36,626 nucleotides of DNA from a virus. Its lineage: Duplodnaviria; Caudoviricetes. The stretch is taken from positions 1 to 36,626 of IMG/VR virus record IMGVR_UViG_3300046779_000458; one strand, given 5' to 3'. The notes under the pieces are model-generated. The model ran no database searches. It saw only the letters and a program-made list of their open reading frames with translations, and had not been told where the DNA came from. The position numbers and the translations under genes are program-made. This document shows, piece by piece, positions 16,297-25,998 of the stretch (position 1 is its first letter; the number at the start of each line of letters is the position of its first letter).

Positions 16297-16703
16297 AGTT
16301 ACAGGATTGTCCTGTTATTAAGATTACTTGGATTGACGCTCAAGCCGATGCCGGCTGGGACGAACCAAAGGTAGATATTGCACATTGTGTCACTGTCGGT
16401 TTTCTCGTCGGCGAGACCGAAGACGCAATCTGTGTCGCAGGAACCGTGTCCGATCACGAATGCAACAACCGTATCAGCATTCCTAAATCATGGATTTTGA
16501 CGCAACAGTTAGAGGAAACACAAGATGAAGCCGCAGTCAGCAAAAGCAAAGGGAAGAAACCTACAAAAGTGGGTCGTGGAACAGCTGCAAAAAAGGTTCC
16601 CGCAACTACGCCCCGGAGACCTCGTAAGCACATCAATGGGAGCCGGCGGAGAGGATGTCAAGCTAAGTCCAGCGGCAAGAGACGCAATACCGTATCAGTT
16701 TGA
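16293..16703 (+). CDS. Hypothetical protein (ITWIDA / TVGFL type) with a basic overlapping tail
   Basis: GTGA coupling to the exonuclease stop (ATG at 16275 is an alternative); WxDA..TVGFL..IPK pattern. Confidence 0.7.
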   Translation: MKLQDCPVIKITWIDAQADAGWDEPKVDIAHCVTVGFLVGETEDAICVAGTVSDHECNNRISIPKSWILTQQLEETQDEAAVSKSKGKKPTKVGRGTAAKKVPATTPRRPRKHINGSRRRGCQAKSSGKRRNTVSV

Positions 16704-16863
16704 ATGTAAAAGTCTTGCCAAAGTAGCGGTTTATAATTATTATGAACAAGCAAAGACGCACGGCAACCATGAACCAGTTGCTGTCGTCAAGCAAAACGGC
16801 AAGAAGCCTTTAATTGTTGTAGATGCAGAGAAGTTCTTTGATTTGATAGCGAGGAAAGAATGA
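16525..16863 (+). CDS. Putative Holliday junction resolvase, PD-(D/E)XK fold
   Basis: SAKAKGR, GEDV, FECK motifs; GAGGA SD. Confidence 0.75.
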   Translation: MKPQSAKAKGRNLQKWVVEQLQKRFPQLRPGDLVSTSMGAGGEDVKLSPAARDAIPYQFECKSLAKVAVYNYYEQAKTHGNHEPVAVVKQNGKKPLIVVDAEKFFDLIARKE

Positions 16864-17054
16864 AAGTATTAGAGATGAAGGAGCGTAAAGACGGCGGTGC
16901 TGATCTTCAGCTTGATATGACTGAAGAAGAGCGTTGCTTCTTTATCGAGTTTGGTTTTAATGCAATGTTGCGTAAGTCGTTAGATGATTTTAATGCACAG
17001 TTTGTGCCAAAGAAAGGAACACGAAATGTTAGTACTAAGAATAAGTCTCGGTGA
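16860..17054 (+). CDS. Hypothetical protein
   Basis: 64 aa, ATGA overlap. Confidence 0.7.
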   Translation: MKVLEMKERKDGGADLQLDMTEEERCFFIEFGFNAMLRKSLDDFNAQFVPKKGTRNVSTKNKSR

Positions 17055-17334
17055 TGATTATGACTCTGTCGAAAGAACGATAGAGTTTGCTGAAGATCAT
17101 CAATGGCTGGATATTATCCTAGCCTGTGCTGATGTAGTGTCAGCGAAGTACGGCTATGATGTATCACAGAAGATTAAGTTTATTACGGATGTTACATCGT
17201 TTGCAGATCGGGCGCATGACCATGCTATTCCTAAAGCTGCATGGGAAGCCTTCCTTGGTCAGGATATGCCGCAGGAAGAGTTTAACTTTGATGACTTCGA
17301 CAACGAACTCGAAGAGATGCGGAAGTGGTCATGA
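17026..17334 (+). CDS. Hypothetical acidic protein
   Basis: AAAGGA SD before MLVLRISL. Confidence 0.7.
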   Translation: MLVLRISLGDDYDSVERTIEFAEDHQWLDIILACADVVSAKYGYDVSQKIKFITDVTSFADRAHDHAIPKAAWEAFLGQDMPQEEFNFDDFDNELEEMRKWS

Positions 17335-18068
17335 AAATCTTATTGCTAGATATTGAGTCTAGCCCTAACACAGCCCATGTGTGGGGTCTTTGGCAACAGA
17401 ATGTCAGCATCAATCAACTCATGGAGTCTTCCTATGTCCTATGCTATGCAGCTAAGTGGCTAGGCGAGAAAGAAGTGAAGTTCGATTCTGTTCACCAATC
17501 AAGACCTAAAACAATGCTGAAAGGAATTCATGGGCTTCTCAACGATGCAGACGCTGTTGTTCACTATAATGGTACTAAGTTCGATATTCCTACTCTTAAC
17601 AAGGAATTCTTATTACATAGTTTTAATCCACCATCGCCTTATAAACAGATTGACCTATTGCGTGTTGTTCGCAGCAACTTTAGGTTTCCTAGTAATAAGC
17701 TGGACTATGTAGCACAGCGGCTTAACCTCGGTAAGAAACACGCTCACGAGGGTCATGAGCTTTGGGTTAAATGTATGAACGGAGACAAAGATGCGTGGAA
17801 GCGGATGGAAAAGTATAATATTCAGGATGTGGTCTTACTTGAGAGTCTTTACGGCGCTTTGCGTCCTTGGATTCGTAACCATCCTAATCATAATCTGTTT
17901 TCTGATGACCATGTTTGCCCTAATTGTGGCTCATCTAGCCTACAAAGGCGGGGGACTGCAATCTCGGCTACCGGAACCTATCAGCGTTACCAGTGCCGCA
18001 GTTGCGGAACTTGGTCGCAGTCTACAAAATCTATCAAATCGTCTGTAGAGGTGAAGCAATGCAATTAA
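17331..18068 (+). CDS. RNase H-like (DnaQ/YprB-type) exonuclease with C-terminal Zn ribbon
   Basis: LLDIES, HYNGTKFDIP, YNIQDV; CPNC..CRSC. Confidence 0.85.
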   Translation: MKILLLDIESSPNTAHVWGLWQQNVSINQLMESSYVLCYAAKWLGEKEVKFDSVHQSRPKTMLKGIHGLLNDADAVVHYNGTKFDIPTLNKEFLLHSFNPPSPYKQIDLLRVVRSNFRFPSNKLDYVAQRLNLGKKHAHEGHELWVKCMNGDKDAWKRMEKYNIQDVVLLESLYGALRPWIRNHPNHNLFSDDHVCPNCGSSSLQRRGTAISATGTYQRYQCRSCGTWSQSTKSIKSSVEVKQCN

Positions 18069-18325
18069 AAGACTATATAGACCGCATAAACGAGTCTGTA
18101 AGCCCCGATCGTAAGCAGGTTGGGGGAGACCATTACCAAGTCGCTGAGATCCAGCCTTGGGACATTTTCATGGCTTACAAGCTAGATCCTTGGACAGCGA
18201 ATGTCATTAAGTACTCACTTCGGTTCCCATATAAGAACGGTGTGCAAGACCTTGAAAAGGCTAAGCATTACATAGAATTTCTTATTGCGAACTATGATGC
18301 TATTGACAAAACTTATTATTCGTGA
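18059..18325 (+). CDS. DUF3310 / T7 gp1.7-like protein (putative nucleotide kinase)
   Basis: QVGGDHY, NVIKYSLR, KNGVQDLEKAKHYI; GAGGTG SD. Confidence 0.85.
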   Translation: MQLKDYIDRINESVSPDRKQVGGDHYQVAEIQPWDIFMAYKLDPWTANVIKYSLRFPYKNGVQDLEKAKHYIEFLIANYDAIDKTYYS

Positions 18326-18331
18326 TACACT
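18303..18331 (+). promoter_or_regulatory. sigma70-type promoter of the RNR unit
   Basis: TTGACA-17 nt-TACACT with extended TG. Confidence 0.75.
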
Positions 18332-18343
18332 TAAAGGTTCCAC

Positions 18344-18499
18344 ATGGCATTAACCCTCATAGAAATAAAAGACCGACTCAAGCAGATCGATGAAGTAGAT
18401 CTGTTGGAGTTGCTCGACATTAGTAGTGAAGACTTAGTGGAGAGATTCACTGATTTAATAGAAGACAATTTTGACAAACTAGAAAAGGAAGTAGAATGA
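18344..18499 (+). CDS. Small acidic protein coupled to RNR (51 aa)
   Basis: MALTLIEIKDRLKQIDEVDLLELLDISSEDLVERF...; ATGA overlap with nrdJ. Confidence 0.75.
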   Translation: MALTLIEIKDRLKQIDEVDLLELLDISSEDLVERFTDLIEDNFDKLEKEVE

Positions 18500-20400
18500 C
18501 ATATAACACACCTTTCAGCACAGTAGGGTACATAACCTACAAAAGGACTTACGCAAGACGATTAAATGAAGCAGATCCTAAATCGAAAACCGAAGAATTT
18601 ACCGATACAGTTGAAAGGGTAATTAAAGCAGCAAATGATCAGTTAGGTTGTAACTTTAACGCAGACGAGCAAGAGCGTCTTCGTAAGTATTTAATGGAAT
18701 TGAAAGGCACTGTTGCTGGACGATTCCTGTGGCAAATGGGGACAGACACAGTTGGTCGCTTAGGGCTGGCTAGTTTACAGAACTGTGCATTCACCGTTAT
18801 TGATCAACCCGTCCGTCCGTTCACATGGGCGATGGACTTGCTAATGCTTGGCTCTGGCGTTGGCTATAACATTCAGAGGCAATATGTTGATAAACTTCCT
18901 CCGGTTAATCCTAGCTTTTCCGCTCCTATTCGTGTTAATACTGCTGACGCTGATTTTATTGTGCCTGACTCGCGTGAAGGATGGGTCAAGCTACTCGGAA
19001 AGACGCTCAAAGCGGCGTTTCTAGCGGATACGAAGCCAACCTTCTCTTACAGCACTATCTTGGTGCGTGGTCGTGGCGCTCCTATCAAGGGTTTTGGCGG
19101 CACTGCTTCTGGTCCAGAGGATCTCTGTGACGGTATTGAGAAGATTAGTAACATTCTAGAGAAACGAGCAGGGAAGAAGTTGCGTCCCATTGACTGCCTT
19201 GACATTATGAACATTATCGGTTCTATTGTCGTAGCTGGTAATGTACGCCGTTCTGCTCAAATTGCAATAGGAGATCCTGACGATGTCGAGTATCTATTGG
19301 CTAAGCGCTGGGACATGGGGAATATTCCTTCTTGGCGAGCTATGTCTAATAATTCTGTTGTTTGCCATGATATTAAAGACTTACACGAATACTTCTGGGA
19401 CGGATACGAAGGCAAAGGCGAGCCTTATGGACTTATCAATCTTAAACTCTCCCGTAAGATTGGTCGACTTGGTGAGACTGACTATCCTGATCCTGATGTT
19501 ATGGGTTATAATCCATGTGCTGAACAGTCTTTGGCTGCTTATGAAACTTGTTGCTTAGCAGAAGTATATCTGCCTAATATCGAGAGCAAGGAGCAGTTAT
19601 TGGATGTGTGCCAGTTACTCTATCGTATCAACAAGCACAGCCTTGCACTACCTTGCCATCTTAAAGAGACGGAAGACATTGTTCACAAGAATATGCGGAT
19701 GGGCATTGGCGTTACTGGTGTTCTACAAGCCACTGACGAGCAACGCAGCTGGCTCAGCGACACTTATCGTCGTCTTCGTGAGTTTGACTTCAAGTACAGC
19801 CACGCACATGGCTTCCCTGAGTCGGTGAAGCTCACCACGGTAAAACCAAGTGGGACTTTGTCGCTGTTGCCGGGAGTTACTTCAGGCTGTCATCCAGCAT
19901 ACTCACAATACATGATTCGTCGTATTCGCATCGCTGCAGATCATCCTTTGGTGCAAGTATGTCGTGAGCATGGATATCCTGTTGAGTATCAGCGTAACTT
20001 CGATGGCTCTGAGGATCACAGCACGATGGTGGTGTCATTCCCATTCTGCTATCCTGAAGGGACGAAGATTGCTGCGGAGATGACCGCTATTGATCAGTTG
20101 GAAGTGGTGAAGTGGCTACAGGCTAACTGGTCGGACAACAGCGTGTCCTGTACCGTGTATTATCGTAAGGAAGAACTTCCTGAGATTAAGAAGTACCTAG
20201 CCAAGAATTACAAGAACAATCACAAGTCCTTGTCGTTCTTATTACATAACGAACACGGATTCCACCAAGCGCCTTTGGAGGAGATTACTAAAGAGCAGTA
20301 TGATGCTTTGGTAGCTTCGACACAACTGATTACTCATGTTGATGAAGCGTCTTTTGATGGTGGCGACGAGTGTGCCAGCGGAGCTTGTCCTGTTAAGTAA
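18496..20400 (+). CDS. nrdJ: Class II (adenosylcobalamin-dependent) ribonucleotide reductase
   Basis: LQNCAF, GNVRRSA, NPCAEQ..ETCCLAE, TVKPSGT, C-terminal CASGAC; no beta-subunit gene in the genome. Confidence 0.93.
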   Translation: MTYNTPFSTVGYITYKRTYARRLNEADPKSKTEEFTDTVERVIKAANDQLGCNFNADEQERLRKYLMELKGTVAGRFLWQMGTDTVGRLGLASLQNCAFTVIDQPVRPFTWAMDLLMLGSGVGYNIQRQYVDKLPPVNPSFSAPIRVNTADADFIVPDSREGWVKLLGKTLKAAFLADTKPTFSYSTILVRGRGAPIKGFGGTASGPEDLCDGIEKISNILEKRAGKKLRPIDCLDIMNIIGSIVVAGNVRRSAQIAIGDPDDVEYLLAKRWDMGNIPSWRAMSNNSVVCHDIKDLHEYFWDGYEGKGEPYGLINLKLSRKIGRLGETDYPDPDVMGYNPCAEQSLAAYETCCLAEVYLPNIESKEQLLDVCQLLYRINKHSLALPCHLKETEDIVHKNMRMGIGVTGVLQATDEQRSWLSDTYRRLREFDFKYSHAHGFPESVKLTTVKPSGTLSLLPGVTSGCHPAYSQYMIRRIRIAADHPLVQVCREHGYPVEYQRNFDGSEDHSTMVVSFPFCYPEGTKIAAEMTAIDQLEVVKWLQANWSDNSVSCTVYYRKEELPEIKKYLAKNYKNNHKSLSFLLHNEHGFHQAPLEEITKEQYDALVASTQLITHVDEASFDGGDECASGACPVK

Positions 20401-20409
20401 GGAGAAACT

Positions 20410-20589
20410 ATGATTGAAGCATTGATGTTTGTTCTTGGAATTTGTGCAACTTTACTGTATCAGTTTCTTATTAGTTCGTATTACCGAATTAAAAGAGAAG
20501 TTAAATTACTTGAACAACAAAAAAACTCGTTACAAAGCAAGATACGAGATTATCGAGAATATCTTGATTGGAGTATGTTTAAACAATGA
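20410..20589 (+). CDS. Small membrane-anchored coiled-coil protein (59 aa)
   Basis: TAAGGAG SD; N-terminal TM segment then heptads. Confidence 0.7.
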   Translation: MIEALMFVLGICATLLYQFLISSYYRIKREVKLLEQQKNSLQSKIRDYREYLDWSMFKQ

Positions 20590-20720
20590 TAATTGACCTA
20601 CACCTGATTACTGGTTTTAGTGTAGGATTTGAGTATGTTCCTGATTTCGATGACGAGGCTCATTTCGTCATTGATTTAGGAATTATTAGAATCCTGTTCA
20701 GTACTCCTCACGACGACTGA
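20586..20720 (+). CDS. Hypothetical protein (44 aa)
   Basis: GGAG SD, ATGA overlap; MIIDLHLITGFSVGFEY... Confidence 0.65.
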   Translation: MIIDLHLITGFSVGFEYVPDFDDEAHFVIDLGIIRILFSTPHDD

Positions 20721-20767
20721 GGCGGCTGGTTCACCTAAGACCCAAAATTGCATTCATTACTCCTTAG

Positions 20768-20793
20768 CCCCGCTTCGGCGGGGATTTTTTTTT
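20768..20793 (+). terminator. Rho-independent terminator at the convergence of the two arms
   Basis: CCCCGC-TTCG-GCGGGG followed by A and a 9-T run. Confidence 0.9.
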
Positions 20794-21226
20794 AGCTAAA
20801 CGGACGAGTTCCGTTACGATCAATAATTAAGGCTTGTTTCCGAGGTGCTTCAGAAGGGCTATCAGGAACGCTTATATGCGTCCAAGAGCCAAATTCTTCG
20901 ATGATCTGATGGTAGGGTATATCTGCATCAATACACGCCTGTACGACCTGTTTAGGGGTCATTCCGTTGACTCTAAAATCAGCAGCGCAACCTAGCGGAT
21001 GCTGGCTACGATTGGTAGAACCAATAGCTAAATTGACCTCTGGAGAGCGATAACCGGAAGTAACGATAATTGGCTTACCGATAACGGCTCTGACTTGTTC
21101 AAGCAGATTAGCAACCCTAGTCAGGTTAGCAATCGCAGTAGCATTCGGTGTGTTGTCTAGTCCACGACGCTCGGCGGTCTGCGAAGCGGTCATTTCAGCG
21201 AGTGTGAAATTAGGGCTTAGACGCAT
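20792..21226 (-). CDS. Endolysin, peptidase M15A family
   Basis: LSPNFTLAE, SGYRSPEVN, SQH...AAD, WTHIS Zn-ligand pattern. Confidence 0.9.
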   Translation of the reverse strand: MRLSPNFTLAEMTASQTAERRGLDNTPNATAIANLTRVANLLEQVRAVIGKPIIVTSGYRSPEVNLAIGSTNRSQHPLGCAADFRVNGMTPKQVVQACIDADIPYHQIIEEFGSWTHISVPDSPSEAPRKQALIIDRNGTRPFS

Positions 21227-21599
21227 TTAAGCCTTTTTTGGCATAAAAGAGAGACCGGTCACCAAATAGATAAAAACCAATGGCAGAAGCAAAGTTGCTA
21301 ACAGTATCATTTGCACCTCCGGTAGTTGCTACTTCAAGATAAGCCCAAGTTCCAAGCACGATAAAGGCAATAGAAGGACGCATTAGACGCACCACAGCCT
21401 CGACCCAAGGATAGGACGGATTCGACCCTCCAGCCTCATTCATGGCTTTAAACATCTCCAAATCCATCTGTCGCATCTGAACATACTGTTCTACGGTAGC
21501 GGGTTTGAACTCTGCAGGGGCTACGAAGCGAGAGATTAAGGACTTTCCTAAGTCAACGACTAAGGGACCGAAGGCGGCTAGTGCTGTTAATGGATCCAT
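21210..21599 (-). CDS. Putative holin
   Basis: Hydrophobic segments, MRP..FYLFGDRS pattern, directly upstream of the endolysin. Confidence 0.65.
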   Translation of the reverse strand: MDPLTALAAFGPLVVDLGKSLISRFVAPAEFKPATVEQYVQMRQMDLEMFKAMNEAGGSNPSYPWVEAVVRLMRPSIAFIVLGTWAYLEVATTGGANDTVSNFASAIGFYLFGDRSLFYAKKGLNASKP

Positions 21600-23278
21600 T
21601 ATTCTACCTCTGCTTGTTGGCTACGAATATTAGATAACCCTACACCAAACAATCCGGGATTAGCTTTCAAGGCTTCTTGCACAGCTAAGCGTAGCTTACT
21701 TGGCTCTTTCATCAATGCTTGAGCTGCTTTGTAACTCATTCCTGAAGCAGTTAAGACCGGAACAGCAATCGCTGGTGAGAAGAAGCCTAAAGCGCCTAAA
21801 CCAGCCAATTTACCAGCAATCATCACATTACGGAACTTAGTAGCTTCGTCAGTGGTATCACCTACAACATTTAACGCACGAGTAGCGGTCTGTTGTAAAG
21901 GAGCCGTACCCATCGCTGCCTCAATCTCGCCACCTTGACGAGCTGCTGCACGAGCTAACTCAGCAGGACTAAATGTTCCTTGAGCTCCAGATATTTCAGC
22001 TACATTCTTGTTAACTGCTTCCATGACACGAGAGCGTTGCATATAAGCTAGATTAGCTTTAGCGATGCTGCCGTCTTTGTCATTACGAATGATTAGGTTC
22101 TTGATTGCTTTATAAGCATCGTCGTATCCCCGTCGTAAAATATCCGCAGGAGTATCTTTCGCTGTAATTGAATCAATCTTTTCCCTAAAGATTTCTTCCA
22201 TCCGCTTTAGATCTTGAGCAGAGAATTCTCCATCTTTAATACGACTCGCAACATTCGCTTTTAAGAAGTTTTGAAAAGATTTAACTTGCTTAGGATCGCC
22301 GAGTTCGCTACGCAAAGTATTTTGAGCCTGAGCTAAACTTTGTGTAAACTGCTGATCAGGAGCAACTTTACCAATCTTTTCTAAAGCATCATCATAGTAG
22401 TTGGTCAGTTTATTTTGTAAATAACCAAAGATTTGCTGACCATTAGTCATATTCGGAGGTAATTTATCATCGACGATAGCAAGAATGTCATTACCTACTG
22501 CTTTGGTAAAACCAAGATTAATTTTATCTTTGTCTACCCGCATCGTAGGAATGTCTAACTTTTCAATTTGACGGAATAATGCTCCGCCGATGCCTTCGTA
22601 GGCTTGTCCGGGTGTCACAGGAACACCTGATTCCAACAACTCACGAGTTCCGGCTTTTAGTGTTGGTGTCAATGCACTAGCCAATGCTGATGCACCACGA
22701 CCGACAATAGCGCCAAGTCCTAATTGCTCTACTTTACCAGCTAAAATCTGTTCTGTGTTAAGATTCTCGCCGACTAAAGGCTGTGTAGCAGCACCGATAG
22801 CCCCGCCTAACGCACCACGAGCTGCAACAGAGCCAGCAGCGCCTCCCATTGGAATTAAGCGATTAACTGGGTTTAACACAGAACCAACTAATTCTGGAAC
22901 ATCAAAGCCTTCTCCGCCCAGATTAGTTCTAGCTTCTTGGTAACGACGCTGAATGTCTTCTACGGCAGGACGAGCCGCAGGAATGAGCTGTGCTGCAGCT
23001 AAGGCAGGATTAACTAAACCTTTACCGATGCCTAGTGCGGTACGACCAATTAACTTTTCAGTTTCAGAAGGAGCATTACCGCTAAATCCCATGTCTTCAG
23101 GAGTAGCCGGAGCCATTTGCTCTGCGGTATATTCTACCGATGGAGGAGTTGCACGAGGAGAAATCTGCTGAGCAGTTCTCATATTCACAGCGATTGCCGC
23201 TAAACGGCGAGCATCTTCAACATTACCAGCAGCATCAGCAGCCCGTAATGCTGTGATTACTTGTTCATAAGTAGCCAT
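21599..23278 (-). CDS. Putative internal virion (ejection) protein
   Basis: 559 aa, Ala/Gly-rich, last of three large genes after the tail genes. Confidence 0.65.
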   Translation of the reverse strand: MATYEQVITALRAADAAGNVEDARRLAAIAVNMRTAQQISPRATPPSVEYTAEQMAPATPEDMGFSGNAPSETEKLIGRTALGIGKGLVNPALAAAQLIPAARPAVEDIQRRYQEARTNLGGEGFDVPELVGSVLNPVNRLIPMGGAAGSVAARGALGGAIGAATQPLVGENLNTEQILAGKVEQLGLGAIVGRGASALASALTPTLKAGTRELLESGVPVTPGQAYEGIGGALFRQIEKLDIPTMRVDKDKINLGFTKAVGNDILAIVDDKLPPNMTNGQQIFGYLQNKLTNYYDDALEKIGKVAPDQQFTQSLAQAQNTLRSELGDPKQVKSFQNFLKANVASRIKDGEFSAQDLKRMEEIFREKIDSITAKDTPADILRRGYDDAYKAIKNLIIRNDKDGSIAKANLAYMQRSRVMEAVNKNVAEISGAQGTFSPAELARAAARQGGEIEAAMGTAPLQQTATRALNVVGDTTDEATKFRNVMIAGKLAGLGALGFFSPAIAVPVLTASGMSYKAAQALMKEPSKLRLAVQEALKANPGLFGVGLSNIRSQQAEVE

Positions 23279-23286
23279 GCTATTCC

Positions 23287-24378
23287 TTACTTAGGTTGTG
23301 ATTGAGGACCAATCCACTTATTAATTAAAGCATCGTCTTCGGATGACATTGTTCCAGTAGCGCCTTTTTTCTCGTCTTTACGAGGACGAACTGCAGGACC
23401 GGGATCTTCGCCACGAACTGCTTTCGACCAGCGGGTGTAATAGAACTTAATGTCCTCAAGATTACGCTTGAGAACTTCAGGAGATTGACCACGATCAAGC
23501 GATGCAATAGAAGCCTGTAATGCTTCCAATTCCTTAACAGCAACCTGACCTAATGCACCGCCAGTCTTAGAAGCATCACGCATTTGTTGTAAGCGATCAA
23601 AACCTAAGTTAGCTTTGATGGTCTTTAGAGCTTCTTCCAGATTTCGACCATCAGTTCCGGGGATGTTTAATGCACCAGCAACACCAGCGGTTGTAATACC
23701 AACTAAAGGAATAGCCTCATCGACAGTGTTGATAATACGATCTGCAGAAGCCGTAGCTGCCGCTACTTTAGATTTTTCTCCTTCAGCTTTTTCATAGTTC
23801 TTTAAATCAACTAATGCTTGTTTTTGAATTAATGCAGCTTTTTTAGCAGAAGATGCTTCTAAAGCCCGGATAACGACATCCGGATTACCGTATTTACGGA
23901 ATACAGAAAGGATTTGCTCATCCGTTGCATTTGCTGGTAATGCGTTTAATTCGCCACGAAGTTTTTCGTCTTGAGCAATTTTTCGCTCTGTGGATGAAAT
24001 ATCTAATTCTTGTTTACGAGCAGTAAGTCCGCTAGTTCTTAATTGATCAGCTCTCTGCACCGCTAACTGAGCCAAATCAGGAGCGCCTTGTTGTGCTAAT
24101 GCTGAAGCATATTGACGCAAGCCTTCTTCATTGGTAATATCAAACTGAGAAGATAATCGTTTTGCTAAATTCGCTTTAGCTAACATAGGATCTTCTATAC
24201 CAAACATCGCCGGAACAGCACGACCTAATTGTTGTCCGCCTAAGAATGCGCCAAACTGAGCTTGTTCAGGAGCGCTTAATTGAGCATATTTAAATGCTTT
24301 GTTATAATCCATTGTTTGCTGTTGGGCTTGTAATGCTGCTGGGTCAATCCCAAATAACCCGTTTACGATTTCTGCCAT
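23287..24378 (-). CDS. Putative internal virion (ejection) protein
   Basis: Start MAEIVNG by TAATG coupling; helical, Ala/Gln/Lys-rich. Confidence 0.65.
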   Translation of the reverse strand: MAEIVNGLFGIDPAALQAQQQTMDYNKAFKYAQLSAPEQAQFGAFLGGQQLGRAVPAMFGIEDPMLAKANLAKRLSSQFDITNEEGLRQYASALAQQGAPDLAQLAVQRADQLRTSGLTARKQELDISSTERKIAQDEKLRGELNALPANATDEQILSVFRKYGNPDVVIRALEASSAKKAALIQKQALVDLKNYEKAEGEKSKVAAATASADRIINTVDEAIPLVGITTAGVAGALNIPGTDGRNLEEALKTIKANLGFDRLQQMRDASKTGGALGQVAVKELEALQASIASLDRGQSPEVLKRNLEDIKFYYTRWSKAVRGEDPGPAVRPRKDEKKGATGTMSSEDDALINKWIGPQSQPK

Positions 24379-25637
24379 TATTGCGCTCCGATATAAGGAC
24401 TTTCCCAAGATTCAAAACCAGACGAAGTAGTAGGAACAGTTCCTCTACCGGCTCCGCCATAAACATTCTCTGCACCGTACATTAGATTGTTAAACCAGTT
24501 ACCTAGTTGATTCTGTTGTGCTGAACCACTTAGTTGCGAACCAAATCCAGTCAACAACGATCCGGGAACACTGTACTGATTTGCAGCCTGTAGAGTTCTT
24601 GCAGCACCAAGACCGCCAGTTAACAACGATTGACCGACATTGGCTCCAGCAGTTGCGGAACGACCACCAAGCTGTGCGCCGATGTCTAATGGCTGTTGTC
24701 CTAATCTTTCGATTTCTGCTGCTAAACCTAACTGCGTCTGCATAGGACCATAACTTTGTGAGATTAGTGTCGGAACTTGTCCAATTAATTCTGCACCACG
24801 ACCATACAATTGAGTACCGAATAAAGTACGCTCACGACCATATTGGTCTGCTTGAGCAGCTAATTGTGCTTCTTGCTGTGCTAAAGCGTTATAGTATGCC
24901 TGTAATTCAGGGGAAGTAGGAGCAGTTCCTGTACCAGTTTGAACCCCGAGACCTCTACGACCAGTACCGTATAAACGACTCTGAATTGTAGATAAAGCTC
25001 TTTCTCTTCCGGGTTGTAACAATCCACGCTGTTGTTCCATATACTGCTGTGCAGCTGCTTCAGGAGAAGTCGCAAGATATTGACCGCCTAAATTAAATAA
25101 TCCAGTAGCGGCAGTCCCTAATGGCATTATAGACTCTTGAAACTGTTCCGGTGTATATCCGCTTACTGGTTCGTAAGTAGTTTGTTCTGTAAGAGGAACT
25201 TCAATTCGCTCACCAGTAGGACTATAAGCATAAGTAAATCCAGTTTTTGGTAGCACCGCTGTATATGACGGACCAAGAGTTCCTTCAGCAGGAGTAGGAG
25301 GAGTTAAACTATACCCAGCCGGAATTTGCGGCGTTCTAGTTGTAATAGCTCTTGGTGCGTTTGTAGCTGAACTTAATAATCTACTTTGTAATCCAATCAG
25401 TTCTGGAGATACAGTATACCCAGCCGATTGTAAATAACCCTCCGGTCCCATCTCAAATGTAGATGTACCGAAGCGAGTAGATATTCCTACTGGTCTAAAT
25501 TTCTGTGCTTCAGCAGATAGACGAGCTGCTTCTAGCTGTGCATCCGCAGAAGTCTGTGCAGCAGATTTATTTGCTTGCGATGATATATACGAACCAGCAA
25601 CGGTTGCTGCAGCGGCAGCGGCGGCTCCCCAAGGCAT
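24378..25637 (-). CDS. Putative internal virion (ejection/pilot) protein
   Basis: MPWGAAAAAAATVAG N-terminus and Gly/Ala/Gln-rich body typical of podoviral ejection proteins. Confidence 0.65.
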   Translation of the reverse strand: MPWGAAAAAAATVAGSYISSQANKSAAQTSADAQLEAARLSAEAQKFRPVGISTRFGTSTFEMGPEGYLQSAGYTVSPELIGLQSRLLSSATNAPRAITTRTPQIPAGYSLTPPTPAEGTLGPSYTAVLPKTGFTYAYSPTGERIEVPLTEQTTYEPVSGYTPEQFQESIMPLGTAATGLFNLGGQYLATSPEAAAQQYMEQQRGLLQPGRERALSTIQSRLYGTGRRGLGVQTGTGTAPTSPELQAYYNALAQQEAQLAAQADQYGRERTLFGTQLYGRGAELIGQVPTLISQSYGPMQTQLGLAAEIERLGQQPLDIGAQLGGRSATAGANVGQSLLTGGLGAARTLQAANQYSVPGSLLTGFGSQLSGSAQQNQLGNWFNNLMYGAENVYGGAGRGTVPTTSSGFESWESPYIGAQ

Positions 25638-25638
25638 A

Positions 25639-25998
25639 TTATACTCCCTCTTTCATAATTAATACTTCATCAATTTTATCCGGACTTGTTTCCTCAGTCG
25701 CATGAATACAAAACCATACAGCATCCTCTAAAGCAGTGATAGAATGATGTACACCTTTTTCAATAGTAATACAAGCGGGTGCTTTGTAATATTCTTCTTT
25801 ATTATCTGTTTTAATTACAACTTCACCGCTTGCTAAAATACTTAAATGATCATAGTTATGTGCATGACTTAATGCAAAGTATCCTTTAGGAAGCATCATC
25901 TGTTTAGCGTAGACACCACTAGAAAAATGATGTTGTGTTCCTAAATCAACTTCAAATGTTCCTTGAAGCTGTTTAAACTGTTCAGATACGGTGTGCAT
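25639..25998 (-). CDS. Cupin-fold protein
   Basis: HHFSSGVYAK, HAHNYDHLSIL..GEV, G.HHSITALED..WFCIH; start MHTVSE with TAAGGA SD. Confidence 0.8.
   Translation of the reverse strand: MHTVSEQFKQLQGTFEVDLGTQHHFSSGVYAKQMMLPKGYFALSHAHNYDHLSILASGEVVIKTDNKEEYYKAPACITIEKGVHHSITALEDAVWFCIHATEETSPDKIDEVLIMKEGV

Noticed and set aside
12599-18497. Other TTGACA hexamers (about 12600, 15302, 18471) as promoters
   Set aside because: No acceptable -10 at 16-18 nt spacing; the one at 18471 has only 15 nt to TAGAAT.
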